From the NCBI GenBank assembly GCA_002011035.2, contig MTLY02000003.1:93194-117193 (forward strand): a stretch of DNA of 24,000 nucleotides, written 5' to 3'. A model generated the notes under the pieces. The model was not told the origin of the DNA. It worked only from the letters and a program-made list of their open reading frames with translations, and did not search any database. Position 1 is the stretch's first letter. Every line of letters starts with the position of its first letter. Of the stretch, positions 1-8,360 are shown in pieces. The DNA comes from Candidatus Hecatella orcuttiae. GTDB taxonomy: Archaea > Thermoproteota > Bathyarchaeia > Hecatellales > Hecatellaceae. The position numbers and the translations under genes were made by a program.

Positions 1-320
1 TTCCCTACGAGCATTCTAACTCCGTAAGCCTCCAGCAGCGGAGGCGTTAAAGCCTCCAGCCGGGAGCTGGTGGTGGGACCTGCGGCCAAGAGCTCCCAGC
101 CCCCCTTCTTTCCCCTTCTGACCAAGGGTCCTGAATGGTAGATGACCGCTCCCTCCAAATTCACTGGAAGCCCCCTACCCTTCTGGGCGTATTCCACCAG
201 CCGCAGGTGAGCTCGGTCTCGGGCGGTGAAGATAACTCCTGAAAGGTAGACGGTGTCCTTCACCCGGAGGCGTTGGACATCCGCTTTCTTTAGGGGGGCT
301 GCCAGTTTAAACGTAGCCAA
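1..320 (-). CDS. Class I (Fe-S) fumarate/tartrate hydro-lyase, beta subunit; partial, C-terminus lies beyond the window edge
   Basis: This gene is not in the ORF track because it runs off the window. Manual minus-strand translation from TTG at 320 gives (M)ATFKLAAPLKKADVQRLRVKDTVYLSGVIFTARDRAHLRLVEYAQKGRGLPVNLEGAVIYHSGPLVRRGKKGGWELLAAGPTTSSRLEALTPPLLEAYGVRMLVG..., open to position 1. The YLSG-I-TARD-AH and GPTTS-R motifs are typical of the beta subunit of two-subunit class I fumarases. It starts 14 nt downstream of the alpha-subunit gene. Confidence 0.8.
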   Translation of the reverse strand, partial: MATFKLAAPLKKADVQRLRVKDTVYLSGVIFTARDRAHLRLVEYAQKGRGLPVNLEGAVIYHSGPLVRRGKKGGWELLAAGPTTSSRLEALTPPLLEAYGVRMLVG

Positions 321-334
321 GCGCCGTCAGTCTC

Positions 335-1204
335 CTATTCCAGAATCTCCACCGAACGGTCGGAGTGAATACGGGCCGTGGCTCTTCGGTCAGCCCAGCA
401 TTGAAAATTCAAGGCCACAGGCAGGTTGGCCGTGTGGCAGTGGGCGTGCTCCACCTTGGCGTCTAGGACGGTGAACTTTCCACCTAGGCCCATGGGGCCT
501 ATGCCCGTCCTATTAGCCAGCTTAACCAGCCTGTTCTCCAGCTTTGAAACAGCTTCATCCGGGTTCCGGGACCCCAAAGGCCTGAGGAGGGCCAGTTTGG
601 CCAGCTTGAAGGCCAAGTCCCCTGTCCCCCCTATGCCCACGCAGAGGACCGTGGGAGGGCAAGGCCGCCCCCCAGCCTCCACAACCCTGTTCACCACGAA
701 TTTTTCTACGCCTTTCTCTCCCTCCGATGGGGACAGGACGGCGAAGGCGCTCATGTTTTCGGAGCCCGCCCCCTTGAGGACGACGGTTAACTCCACCCAG
801 TCTGAGTCGTTGAAGACCCACTCGATGTGGGGTATGCGCTTTCCCAGGTTGTTTCCGGAATTTTTCCGGGTTAAAGGGTGAACAGCGTTGGGTCTGAGGG
901 GCAGCTGGGCAGTGGCTTCAGCTGAGGCTTTTTCCAAAGCTCTGCGGAGTTCGGGGAGGAGGGACGGCTTCCTCGTTTTCACATAAAAGGATATGAGGCC
1001 GGTGTCTTGGCATATAGGCCTTCCGAGCCGCTCAGCAGCTTCGATGTTGTCCAAGATGTTTTTAAGCTGGGTTTTCCCTGTGGGAGAAGTTTCCTCCCCG
1101 TAGGCTTTCCTCAGCCTTTTCTTAACATCCGAGGGAAGCCTGACGGAAGCCCTTCGGAGGAGGTGGAAGCCTGTTTCCCTGAAAACTTCAGCCCAAGAGC
1201 TCAT
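335..1204 (-). CDS. Class I (Fe-S) fumarate/tartrate hydro-lyase, alpha subunit
   Basis: The 289 aa ORF contains the RPICQDTGL motif (Fe-S cluster Cys of the hydro-lyase alpha domain), GAGSEN and VGIGGT. Its length fits the separate alpha subunit of archaeal two-subunit fumarases, and the beta subunit follows directly. Confidence 0.85.
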   Translation of the reverse strand: MSSWAEVFRETGFHLLRRASVRLPSDVKKRLRKAYGEETSPTGKTQLKNILDNIEAAERLGRPICQDTGLISFYVKTRKPSLLPELRRALEKASAEATAQLPLRPNAVHPLTRKNSGNNLGKRIPHIEWVFNDSDWVELTVVLKGAGSENMSAFAVLSPSEGEKGVEKFVVNRVVEAGGRPCPPTVLCVGIGGTGDLAFKLAKLALLRPLGSRNPDEAVSKLENRLVKLANRTGIGPMGLGGKFTVLDAKVEHAHCHTANLPVALNFQCWADRRATARIHSDRSVEILE

Positions 1205-1319
1205 TCCAATTCAGCAAACTCCTTTAAAGATATTTTCAGCCAGCTCTCCCTTTTAAAACTGTTCACAGTTCTTAAATAGAGGAAAAGCCTAAAAGGTCCT
1301 TCTGGGTAGGAGCACCTCC

Positions 1320-2321
1320 TTGGCTTGCGGACAAGAGGAATCCGGAGAAGGGAAAACTCCCCAGTATAGGGAGATAGAGGAGATCCCCGGAGTCGGCCCA
1401 GCCACAGCTGAGAAGCTTCGGAAGCTGGGCTACTCCACCATCGAGTCCCTAGCCACCGCCAGCTTAAAAGAGTTAACCCAAACTTTGGGGGAGAAAACCG
1501 CTTACACCGCCATCACAGAAGCTAGGAAATGCATCATATCCATTCCCTTCATGAGGGCGGACGAATACCTGAAGTTCCGCTCAACCGTCGAAAGGCTGAC
1601 CACCGGATGTAAGGCTTTGGACGAACTTTTAGGCGGCGGGGTTGAGTCTCAAAGCATCACCGAGGTCTACGGCGAATATGGGACGGGGAAATCTCAAATC
1701 TGCCATCAGCTCTGCGTCAACGCTCAGCTTCCCAAAGAGCAGGGGGGATTGGACGGAGGCGTCCTTTACATCGACACCGAGAACACCTTCCGCCCTGAGC
1801 GCATTGTGCAGATAGCTAAGCATCTGGACTTGGATCCTGACAGGGTTTTAAGCCGCATAATCTACGCGGAGGCTTTAACCTCCGACCATCAGATGCACCT
1901 GCTGGACAATGCCAGCGCCCAGTTTAAGGAAAACAACATCAGGCTGATAATTTTGGATTCCCTCATCTCCCATTTTAGAAGCGAATTCATCGGAAGGGAA
2001 ATGCTGGCGGAAAGGCAGCAGAAGCTGGAGAAGCACCTTCACAAACTCATCCGGTTGGCCCGGGCCTACAATGCTGTTGCCTTTGTCACAAACCAGGTGA
2101 TGGCTAGGCCTGACGCTTTTCTTTCCGAAGCCGTAGGGCCCACGGGCGGCCACATTTTAGCTCACACAAGCCATACTAGGGTTTTTTTGAGGAAAGCCGC
2201 GGCGCCTCATGTCAGGATTGCCAGGCTGATGGTCAGCCCCTCCCTCCCCGAGGGAAGGGAATGCATCTTCAAAATCTCCGAGAGAGGCATAGAAGACACA
2301 GTCTTGGAAAAGAGGCGGTGA
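1320..2321 (+). CDS. radA: DNA repair and recombination protein RadA
   Basis: The 333 aa ORF has an N-terminal HhH domain ([27 protein letters not shown]), Walker [10 protein letters not shown], Walker B-like LIILDS and the conserved VTNQV segment. A TTG start is required because no in-frame ATG precedes the HhH domain. An AGGAG lies about 8 nt upstream. Confidence 0.95.
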   Translation: MACGQEESGEGKTPQYREIEEIPGVGPATAEKLRKLGYSTIESLATASLKELTQTLGEKTAYTAITEARKCIISIPFMRADEYLKFRSTVERLTTGCKALDELLGGGVESQSITEVYGEYGTGKSQICHQLCVNAQLPKEQGGLDGGVLYIDTENTFRPERIVQIAKHLDLDPDRVLSRIIYAEALTSDHQMHLLDNASAQFKENNIRLIILDSLISHFRSEFIGREMLAERQQKLEKHLHKLIRLARAYNAVAFVTNQVMARPDAFLSEAVGPTGGHILAHTSHTRVFLRKAAAPHVRIARLMVSPSLPEGRECIFKISERGIEDTVLEKRR

Positions 2322-2333
2322 AAGAGGTAGCCC

Positions 2334-2729
2334 ATGCAGATATCCAAGGCCTTTGTTCAAAGGTTTCATAAACTCAGGGTGGACCGGGATTTCGCCGGAG
2401 CTGAAAGGGAGCTGGAGGCTCTTCGAGGTAGACTGGCGAGGGCTGAGTGGGGCCGAGGCTACTTAGCGGCCTTGGAAGGAATGCTCACAGCCTACCGCAA
2501 CAGAAACGACAAGTACGCTCTCATTAACAGGTTTCCCTCCAGCAAGGAGGAAGTAGCCCCCCTCCTGGAGGAGTTTCGTCTGAAGTCGAAGAGCTACGTG
2601 AGCTCTGACTACGACAGGGGTTTCTTTCACGCTTGGGCTGACTTCGCTCAACTGGTGGCTGAGGGGCTCATCGAGGTTGAGAAGCCGACTGAGGTGAAAG
2701 AGGAGGAACTTGAAAGCCCCGCCTCCTAA
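2334..2729 (+). CDS. Hypothetical helical protein, probably co-transcribed with radA
   Basis: The 131 aa ORF has an ATG start 13 nt after the radA stop and an acidic C-terminal tail (EVKEEELES). I recognise no motif, so coding is inferred from position and a protein-like composition. Confidence 0.5.
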   Translation: MQISKAFVQRFHKLRVDRDFAGAERELEALRGRLARAEWGRGYLAALEGMLTAYRNRNDKYALINRFPSSKEEVAPLLEEFRLKSKSYVSSDYDRGFFHAWADFAQLVAEGLIEVEKPTEVKEEELESPAS

Positions 2730-2735
2730 GGCCGG

Positions 2736-3032
2736 CTACATGGCAAACCTCACAATCATGGTGTGGAAGAACACCCAGAAAGCAAACCAGACGATGATGT
2801 AGGCGAAAACTCCCTGAAGGGCGAGGTCTCTTTTTTTGGGGAGCTGCTCAGGCTTTATGGCGAAGGCATACCGCAGCACCACGTAGGAGAGAATGTAGAT
2901 GCCGATGGCGAGGAAAAGGGCTAAAAACTTGGAGGCCTCGAAAAATCCCTCCACGTTCAGGTAGGCTGTGAGGGCCGCGGCTGCGAAGGCAAGGCCGAAT
3001 CTAAACCACCAGATTTTGTCGACAAGCCTCAA
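2736..3032 (-). CDS. Small integral membrane protein (about 3 TM helices), function unknown
   Basis: The 98 aa ORF has a TTG start and three hydrophobic stretches: FGLAFAAAALTAYL, FLALFLAIGIYILSYVVL and VFAYIIVWFAFWVFF. It is convergent with the previous gene, with 6 nt between the stops. Confidence 0.55.
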   Translation of the reverse strand: MRLVDKIWWFRFGLAFAAAALTAYLNVEGFFEASKFLALFLAIGIYILSYVVLRYAFAIKPEQLPKKRDLALQGVFAYIIVWFAFWVFFHTMIVRFAM

Positions 3033-3215
3033 CCGGCGCCACCTGTCCTCTCCAAGGATGTCACAGCGAACATCTTCCCCCGTCGGTGGGCATCTGCCAT
3101 CTTTCGGGCTAGATTAAACTATCTGCTAAAAGGATATAAACTCTGTTAGGGCGGCTTCTTCCTCCGAAGATATTTATCCCCCAGTCCTCTCTAAGTTTAG
3201 GGGCCTAAGGCCGGT

Positions 3216-5225
3216 TTGAAGAAGAACAGGGTGAAGACGCAGCCGAGCAGCTTCGACTTGGCGGTTCTATCCGCGGAGTTAGACAGGGCGCTGAAAGACT
3301 ACTACGTGGACAACATCTACCAAGTGAACCCGACCACCCTACTGGTGAAGTTGAACAAGCCTGCCTCACCCGTCAGAAACCTCCTCATCGAAGCTGGGAG
3401 AAGGGTTCACCTCACCGCTTACTCGGTGGAAAAACCTCTGAGGCCTCCGCCCTTCTGCTCCGCCCTCCGAAAGTACCTCCTCAACGGCAGGGTTTCAAAG
3501 GTGGAGCAGCCCGACTTTGAGAGAATGCTCATTCTTCACATCTTCGCGCATGGTGAAAACTTCAAGCTGGCTGCTGAGTTCTTCGGGAAAGGCAACATCA
3601 TCCTGACGGACGGTGAGGACAAGGTGCTCCATGCCCTAGCGCAGAGAAAAACCAAGGACAGGCTCGTGGCCCGCGGCCGGAAGCTTGCCCCACCACCCCC
3701 CCTAGGCCTCGGCCAGAGGCCTTCCAGCCCGGAAATACTCTTGGAAAAGTTGAAGCTGGAGAAAGTCGAGGTGGTTAAGGCTCTTACTCGAATATATGGG
3801 ATTGGAGGCACCTACGCGGAGGAAATTCTCCTCCGAGCCGGTGTGGACAAGAAGCTGGCCGGAGGGGAGGTGACGTTCACCATGGCGGAGAGGATCTTCC
3901 AAGCCGCTCAGAGGGTTTTCCGGGAAATCGAAGACCCCCGGCCTTCGGTGGTGCTGGATGAAGACGGTGAACCCTTGGACGTCGTTCCCTTCCCCCTCCA
4001 AGTCTACTCCGGAAAAAAGGTGGAGAGCTATCCTAGCCTCAACGAGGCCTTCGACGAGTATTTCACCAAGCTTGAAACAGGGAAGGCTGAAGGGGAACGC
4101 CAGGCAAAGGTCGCCTCCAAGCTCGGGGAGCTGAAGAGAATCCTGAAGGAACAGGAAGCCAAGCTCGGGGAGCTGGAAAAGGAGGAAGCCCGGCATCGAA
4201 AGGCGGGGGAAACCATCTTCCACCACTCCCTAGAACTCCAGAGCCTCCTCCGAGAGGTGGAGAAAAACGTCCTCAACGGAAAGCCTTGGCCGGAAATCAG
4301 CCGGGAGATCGATTTGAGGAAAAACAAGGGCGAGACCCCTTACTCTTGGGTGGTGGGGCTCAATCCCAAAGACCGCCGGTTAAGGCTTTCAGTGGAGGGT
4401 TTAGAATTCGACCTCACCGTCGGCAAGTCGGTGTACGAAAACGCCTCCGCCCATTTCCAGGAGTCAAAGGACCTCCGAGGGAAAATCTCAAGCCTGAAAG
4501 AGGCTCTAGGGGAAACACAGCGGAAGATGGAGGCCTTGGAAAAAGACCTAGAGGCCCTGAGGGAGCAGCCCCTGCATCCTGTTAAGGTTAAGGAAAAAAA
4601 ATGGTTTGAAAAGTTTAGGTTCTTCTTCACCTCCGGAGGCTTTCTCGTCGTGGCCGGCAGGGATGCCTCCTCCAACGAGGCTCTGGTTAAAAGATACGCG
4701 GAGCCTGAGGACCGGGTTTTTCACACAGACATAGCAGGCGCCCCCTTCGCCGTTGTCAAAACCGGGGGGAAACAACCCTCCGAATCCGACCTTCGGGAAG
4801 CCGCCCAGTTCGCCGTCTGCTACAGTCGAGCTTGGCGGGAGGGCTTGAACGCCGCCGACGCCTACCATGTGAACCCCGGCCAGCTGAGTAAGGCTGCTCC
4901 CTCAGGCCAGTATTTGGGGAGAGGCGCCTTCTCCGTCAGCGGGCCTCGAATGTACATTCGAAACATCCCCCTAAGAATAGCCCTAGGAGTCAAGCTGGAG
5001 GGGGGGATGCCTCAGGTTTACGCTGCGCCCCCGCAAGTTTTCCAACCCCCACAGCCCCACGTTGTGTTGGCTCCGGGGAACCTGCGCGCCAAAGAACTCG
5101 CCCTAAAAGTAAGGTCCACCTTAGCGGGGAAGACGCCCAAAGAATGGAGAGATGCTGTGTTGAAGATTCCCTTGGAAGACTTCATCGCCCTCATCCCCTA
5201 CGGCAGGGGATGCATGGTAAGCTGA
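3216..5225 (+). CDS. NFACT-family protein (archaeal Rqc2/NEMF / FbpA homologue; NFACT-N, coiled coil, NFACT-R/DUF814)
   Basis: The 669 aa ORF has an N-terminal NFACT-N-like region (FDLAVLSAEL...IYQV) and a long central coiled coil (KLGELKRILKEQEAKLGELEKEEA). Its C-terminal DUF814-like segment reads FLVVAGRDASSNEALVKRY...VFHTDIAGAPFAVVK. The start must be non-ATG (TTG 3216 or GTG 3231). Confidence 0.85.
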   Translation: MKKNRVKTQPSSFDLAVLSAELDRALKDYYVDNIYQVNPTTLLVKLNKPASPVRNLLIEAGRRVHLTAYSVEKPLRPPPFCSALRKYLLNGRVSKVEQPDFERMLILHIFAHGENFKLAAEFFGKGNIILTDGEDKVLHALAQRKTKDRLVARGRKLAPPPPLGLGQRPSSPEILLEKLKLEKVEVVKALTRIYGIGGTYAEEILLRAGVDKKLAGGEVTFTMAERIFQAAQRVFREIEDPRPSVVLDEDGEPLDVVPFPLQVYSGKKVESYPSLNEAFDEYFTKLETGKAEGERQAKVASKLGELKRILKEQEAKLGELEKEEARHRKAGETIFHHSLELQSLLREVEKNVLNGKPWPEISREIDLRKNKGETPYSWVVGLNPKDRRLRLSVEGLEFDLTVGKSVYENASAHFQESKDLRGKISSLKEALGETQRKMEALEKDLEALREQPLHPVKVKEKKWFEKFRFFFTSGGFLVVAGRDASSNEALVKRYAEPEDRVFHTDIAGAPFAVVKTGGKQPSESDLREAAQFAVCYSRAWREGLNAADAYHVNPGQLSKAAPSGQYLGRGAFSVSGPRMYIRNIPLRIALGVKLEGGMPQVYAAPPQVFQPPQPHVVLAPGNLRAKELALKVRSTLAGKTPKEWRDAVLKIPLEDFIALIPYGRGCMVS

Positions 5226-5352
5226 GGAAGAAAGTTTTTGGCGAGAATCCGCCGCCTCCAGTTTACACAGCTCTGTTCCTCCGATGGAAAGTAGCGCAGA
5301 CAAGTTGAAAGCGTAAATAGGCTTCGATGCCTCCTATTCTCTAACTGAGCAG

Positions 5353-6222
5353 GTGAAACAGATGTCAGCGGAGGAAAGAATTAAAAACTATGCAGTAGAG
5401 TGCGGAGCTTTGGCGGCTGGAATCGCCAGCGTGGAAGACATCAACCGGTATGCCCCTGAGGGGCATAGGCCCGACGACATCCTGCCCGGCGCCAAAAGCG
5501 TAGTGGTGACAGGCGGGCCGCCTACGACGGCGGGAGCTTGGAGAAGCCCCAACCCGCGTATAACCACCCTCACGAGGGTCTACCCCATGATAAGGGGAAC
5601 CGTGGTCATGAAACTCGCCGCCCTGATCGAAAGGGAATATGGATACTACGCTGTTTTTTACGACGGCCAAGCTGAGTCAGGGCATAATCCTTTCCTAAGC
5701 CTAAAACTCTGCGCTGAAATGGCCGGGCTGGGAACAAGAGCCCTAGCCGGAGGCGTGATATTAAACAGAGACCACGGCCTGCTAAACTTCAGCTGCGTGG
5801 TCACCTCCATGCCTCTAAAACCCGACGGTCCGATGGAGGAGCCTGTATGCCCGCATCATTCCTGCATCAAAATCTGGGAAGCGAAACATACGACACCGTG
5901 CTTGGAAGCCTGCCCCACATGCCTCTCAGGCTTCCTTGAAGGAGGAAGAATAAAATGGATGCAGTTCCGCCGATACCTCTGCGAGCCTCGGGCTCAAACC
6001 ACCTCGACCACGGCCTTCCGCCAAAAGCTTTTGGAAATTGTCAACGAAACCGACCTTGAAAAGAGAAAGCAGATGGTCTACGGAGAGTTTTTCAGCCGTA
6101 TAGTCAGGTCCTTGGCCTTTTCCAGCGAACTGGTTGGCGGATGCATCGAATGCCTCAGACACTGCCCTGTCTGCATAAAGGCCACTACGCTGAGGCCTAT
6201 CCCGAGGGGTGGAAAACCTTGA
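5353..6222 (+). CDS. Fe-S cluster protein with a QueG/reductive-dehalogenase-like N-terminal region
   Basis: The 289 aa ORF has an N-terminus IKNYAVECGALAAGIASVEDI, reminiscent of the epoxyqueuosine reductase/RdhA superfamily. It has C-terminal Cys clusters CPHHSC...CLEACPTC and CIECLRHCPVC. The start is probably ATG 5362 (MSAEER). Confidence 0.5.
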   Translation: MKQMSAEERIKNYAVECGALAAGIASVEDINRYAPEGHRPDDILPGAKSVVVTGGPPTTAGAWRSPNPRITTLTRVYPMIRGTVVMKLAALIEREYGYYAVFYDGQAESGHNPFLSLKLCAEMAGLGTRALAGGVILNRDHGLLNFSCVVTSMPLKPDGPMEEPVCPHHSCIKIWEAKHTTPCLEACPTCLSGFLEGGRIKWMQFRRYLCEPRAQTTSTTAFRQKLLEIVNETDLEKRKQMVYGEFFSRIVRSLAFSSELVGGCIECLRHCPVCIKATTLRPIPRGGKP

Positions 6223-6488
6223 AGCTGACATTCGCAGAACTATACCGGAGACACAGGGATACCGTGTTCCAGTTAAGTTTGGCGATTCAAAATTACGATG
6301 GAAAAACCTACACGCCTCCGCCGCTCTCCGACAAGGCGATAGCTGAAAAAATAGGGCTGACCGCCGAAGAGGTTAGAGAAATCCGCTGCCTAGCCGAAGC
6401 CGACGCTCTGCCGGCCAGCGTTTGGGCGGAGGCTGACGTGTTCAAAAACGAAAGAGCTAAAAAATTTCGAAGAGCCGAGAAAATTTGA
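6219..6488 (+). CDS. Small hypothetical protein with a possible helix-turn-helix
   Basis: The track ORF 6141..6488 overlaps the preceding gene by 82 nt. An in-frame TTG at 6219 overlaps the upstream TGA stop (cTTGAag), which suggests coupling. The segment LSDKAIAEKIGLTAEEVREIR looks HTH-like. Coding status is uncertain. Confidence 0.35.
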   Translation: MKLTFAELYRRHRDTVFQLSLAIQNYDGKTYTPPPLSDKAIAEKIGLTAEEVREIRCLAEADALPASVWAEADVFKNERAKKFRRAEKI

Positions 6489-6512
6489 CCGCCCTTAAGA
6501 CGTTGCCCTCGG

Positions 6513-7241
6513 TTAGGGTTTCCTTTTGAACAGGTATGCTCCCAGGAAGAGGAAGCCTACGCACACGCCTACGAGGACGGAGAGGTCGAGGAGGAGGGGT
6601 AGGGCGTTTTCTCCGCTGAAGAATCCCCGCAGCGCGTCCACCCCGTAGGTCATAGGATTCACGTAGGAGAGAATCCTCATCCACGTAGGCACCCCGGTGA
6701 GGGGGAAGAAGGCTCCGCTGAGGAAGAACATGGGCATGACGATGAAGTTCATGATCAACTGGAAGCCGTGGGGATCCTCCATCGTCGAGGCGAAGGAAAC
6801 TCCCAAGCTTACAAAGGCCAGAGAAATCAGCATGCACACGCCCACCATGGCCAGCGTGGGGAGCACCCCGGGAAATCTGCCTACGACCAAGATAGCCAAA
6901 CCCAGCATGGCAAGGCCTTGGACCATGGAAGTGGAGGCGCCTCCCAAGGTTTTTCCCAAAACGATGGATGTGCGAGAGACGGGGGCTACCAAAATTTCTT
7001 TGAGGAACCCGAACTGCTTGTCCCAGAGGACGGAGACCCCTGAAAAGACGGAGCTGAAGAGGAGGGCGATAGCCACGACCCCCGGAGCCAGAAACGCGAG
7101 GTAGCCTCCTTTCAGGCCTGGGAAGACGAAGGAGGAGCTGAACCCCACGCCGAAGAAAACCAGCCACATGAGGGGCATGGCTATGGCGCTGGCAACTCTG
7201 GACTTCGCCCTCGCGAAGCGCTTCACTTCCCTAAGCCACAA
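6513..7241 (-). CDS. ABC-2 type transporter permease
   Basis: The 242 aa ORF is polytopic and hydrophobic, with about 6 TM segments. It lies 33 nt downstream of an ABC ATPase on the same strand, and its size and topology are typical of the ABC-2 (DrrB/NatB-like) family. Confidence 0.8.
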   Translation of the reverse strand: MWLREVKRFARAKSRVASAIAMPLMWLVFFGVGFSSSFVFPGLKGGYLAFLAPGVVAIALLFSSVFSGVSVLWDKQFGFLKEILVAPVSRTSIVLGKTLGGASTSMVQGLAMLGLAILVVGRFPGVLPTLAMVGVCMLISLAFVSLGVSFASTMEDPHGFQLIMNFIVMPMFFLSGAFFPLTGVPTWMRILSYVNPMTYGVDALRGFFSGENALPLLLDLSVLVGVCVGFLFLGAYLFKRKP

Positions 7242-7274
7242 AATGTAGACGGCTCTCTTCTCAATCGTGGCTTT

Positions 7275-8279
7275 TCACCTCTTCATGAGCAGGCGCATCC
7301 TCTCCATGGGGCTTGTTTCCTCCTCCCTTATCCTCCGCCCGGTGTAGGTGAGGAAGACATCGTCCAAGGTCGGCCGGTGGAGGTCCACGGAGTTCACTTC
7401 CACCTCCAAGGACTCCGCCAGCTCTAGGACTTGAGGGATCATCTTGGCAGCATCGTAGACGGTGAGGCAGAGGGTTCCCTCCGCGGTTTTAACGGCTCTG
7501 ACAGCCTGGTTCTCCTTGAAGGCTGAGGCTAAGGCATCCGCCTTCCCAGCCACCTTCAACTCGATGATGTCCCCGCCCAGCAGGTCTTTCAGGTGTTTAG
7601 GCTCGTCGCAGGCGATGATCTTTCCGTAGTCGATGATGGCCACCCGGTTGCAGAGGCTGTCAGCCTCGTCCATGTAGTGGGTGGTGAGGAAGATGGTCAC
7701 CCGCTCCCTCCGGTTCAGCTCCCGGATGTAGTCCCAGATGTGACGGCGGGTTTGGGGGTCTAAGCCCAGAGTCGGCTCGTCGAGGAAGAGCACTTTAGGG
7801 TGGTGCATGAGGCCGCGGGCGATCTCCAGTCTCCTCCGCATCCCGCCTGAGTAGGTCTTCACCAGTCTGTCGGCTTTATCCTCCAATTCCACCATCTTGA
7901 GAAGCTCGGTGATTCGCTCTTTGATTTCCCCCGTAGCCATGCCGTAGAGTCTCCCGTGGAAGTCCATGTTCTCTCTTCCCGTGAGGTTCTCGTCGAGGCT
8001 GGGGTCTTGGAAAACTATGCCTATCGACTTCCGCACCAAGTCAGGCTCCTTCGCCACATCATAGCCTGACACCTTAGCCACGCCGGAGGTCGGCTTCAGC
8101 AAGGTGCAGAGCATGTGGATCAGCGTAGTCTTCCCGGCGCCGTTGGGCCCTAGGAAGCCGAATATCTCAGACTCAAAGACCTCCAGGGAAACACTGTCCA
8201 CAGCCCTAACTTTCCCATCGTAGACTTTCGTCAGGTTTTGAGCTTCGATGACTGCCAAAGCTTCTTTACACCTATACAC
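7275..8279 (-). CDS. ABC transporter ATP-binding protein (DrrA/CcmA-like exporter subfamily)
   Basis: The ORF carries Walker A GPNGAGKTT, the signature YSGGMRRRL, Walker B VLFLDEPTLGLD and an H-loop TTHYM. It has a C-terminal extension typical of DrrA-like ATPases. An alternative TTG start at 8258 (MAVIEAQNLTKVY) is plausible. Confidence 0.92.
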   Translation of the reverse strand: MYRCKEALAVIEAQNLTKVYDGKVRAVDSVSLEVFESEIFGFLGPNGAGKTTLIHMLCTLLKPTSGVAKVSGYDVAKEPDLVRKSIGIVFQDPSLDENLTGRENMDFHGRLYGMATGEIKERITELLKMVELEDKADRLVKTYSGGMRRRLEIARGLMHHPKVLFLDEPTLGLDPQTRRHIWDYIRELNRRERVTIFLTTHYMDEADSLCNRVAIIDYGKIIACDEPKHLKDLLGGDIIELKVAGKADALASAFKENQAVRAVKTAEGTLCLTVYDAAKMIPQVLELAESLEVEVNSVDLHRPTLDDVFLTYTGRRIREEETSPMERMRLLMKR

Positions 8280-8360
8280 TCATGGAGACCGTAGGCTCTG
8301 ATAAGCATAGCCCAAGTCGAATGCTGGCCGGCTTGGAAAAATCCAAAAGCCCGAGGAAGC

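Noticed and set aside
253-881. Plus-strand ORFs 253..474 and 426..881
   Set aside because: The minus strand here encodes the fumarase beta (1..320) and alpha (335..1204) subunits with clear family motifs. The plus-strand products are low-complexity.
4117-4175. Two copies of the 17-nt direct repeat CCAAGCTCGGGGAGCTG, 42 nt apart
   Set aside because: They are in frame within the NFACT coiled coil and encode the repeated KLGEL heptad segment. This is not a CRISPR or regulatory repeat.
3536-4868. Cluster of antisense and alternate-frame ORFs (3536..3811, 3702..4226, 4028..4327, 4286..4585, 4340..4675, 4548..4868)
   Set aside because: All lie within the NFACT gene, whose coiled-coil region with repetitive Glu/Lys/Leu codons naturally yields long open alternate frames.
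5280-5350. Possible C/D-box sRNA in the 127-nt gap before the Fe-S protein gene (CGATGGA ... CTGA)
   Set aside because: The C-box is imperfect (not RUGAUGA). No C'/D' pair or terminal stem is evident, and the spacing of about 66 nt is loose. It is more likely just promoter and leader sequence.
5353-6488. Idea that 5353..6222 and 6141..6488 form a programmed frameshift gene
   Set aside because: No slippery heptamer or downstream structure is visible at the overlap. A simple coupled TTG/TGA junction at 6219 explains the layout. A frameshift or sequencing error is kept only as a low-interest alternative in the findings.
6457-7167. 236-aa ORF on the same strand as the ABC-2 permease but in another frame
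   Set aside because: Its product is Arg/Pro/Gly-rich with no motifs. The overlapping frame (6513..7241) gives a clean six-TM permease next to its ATPase.
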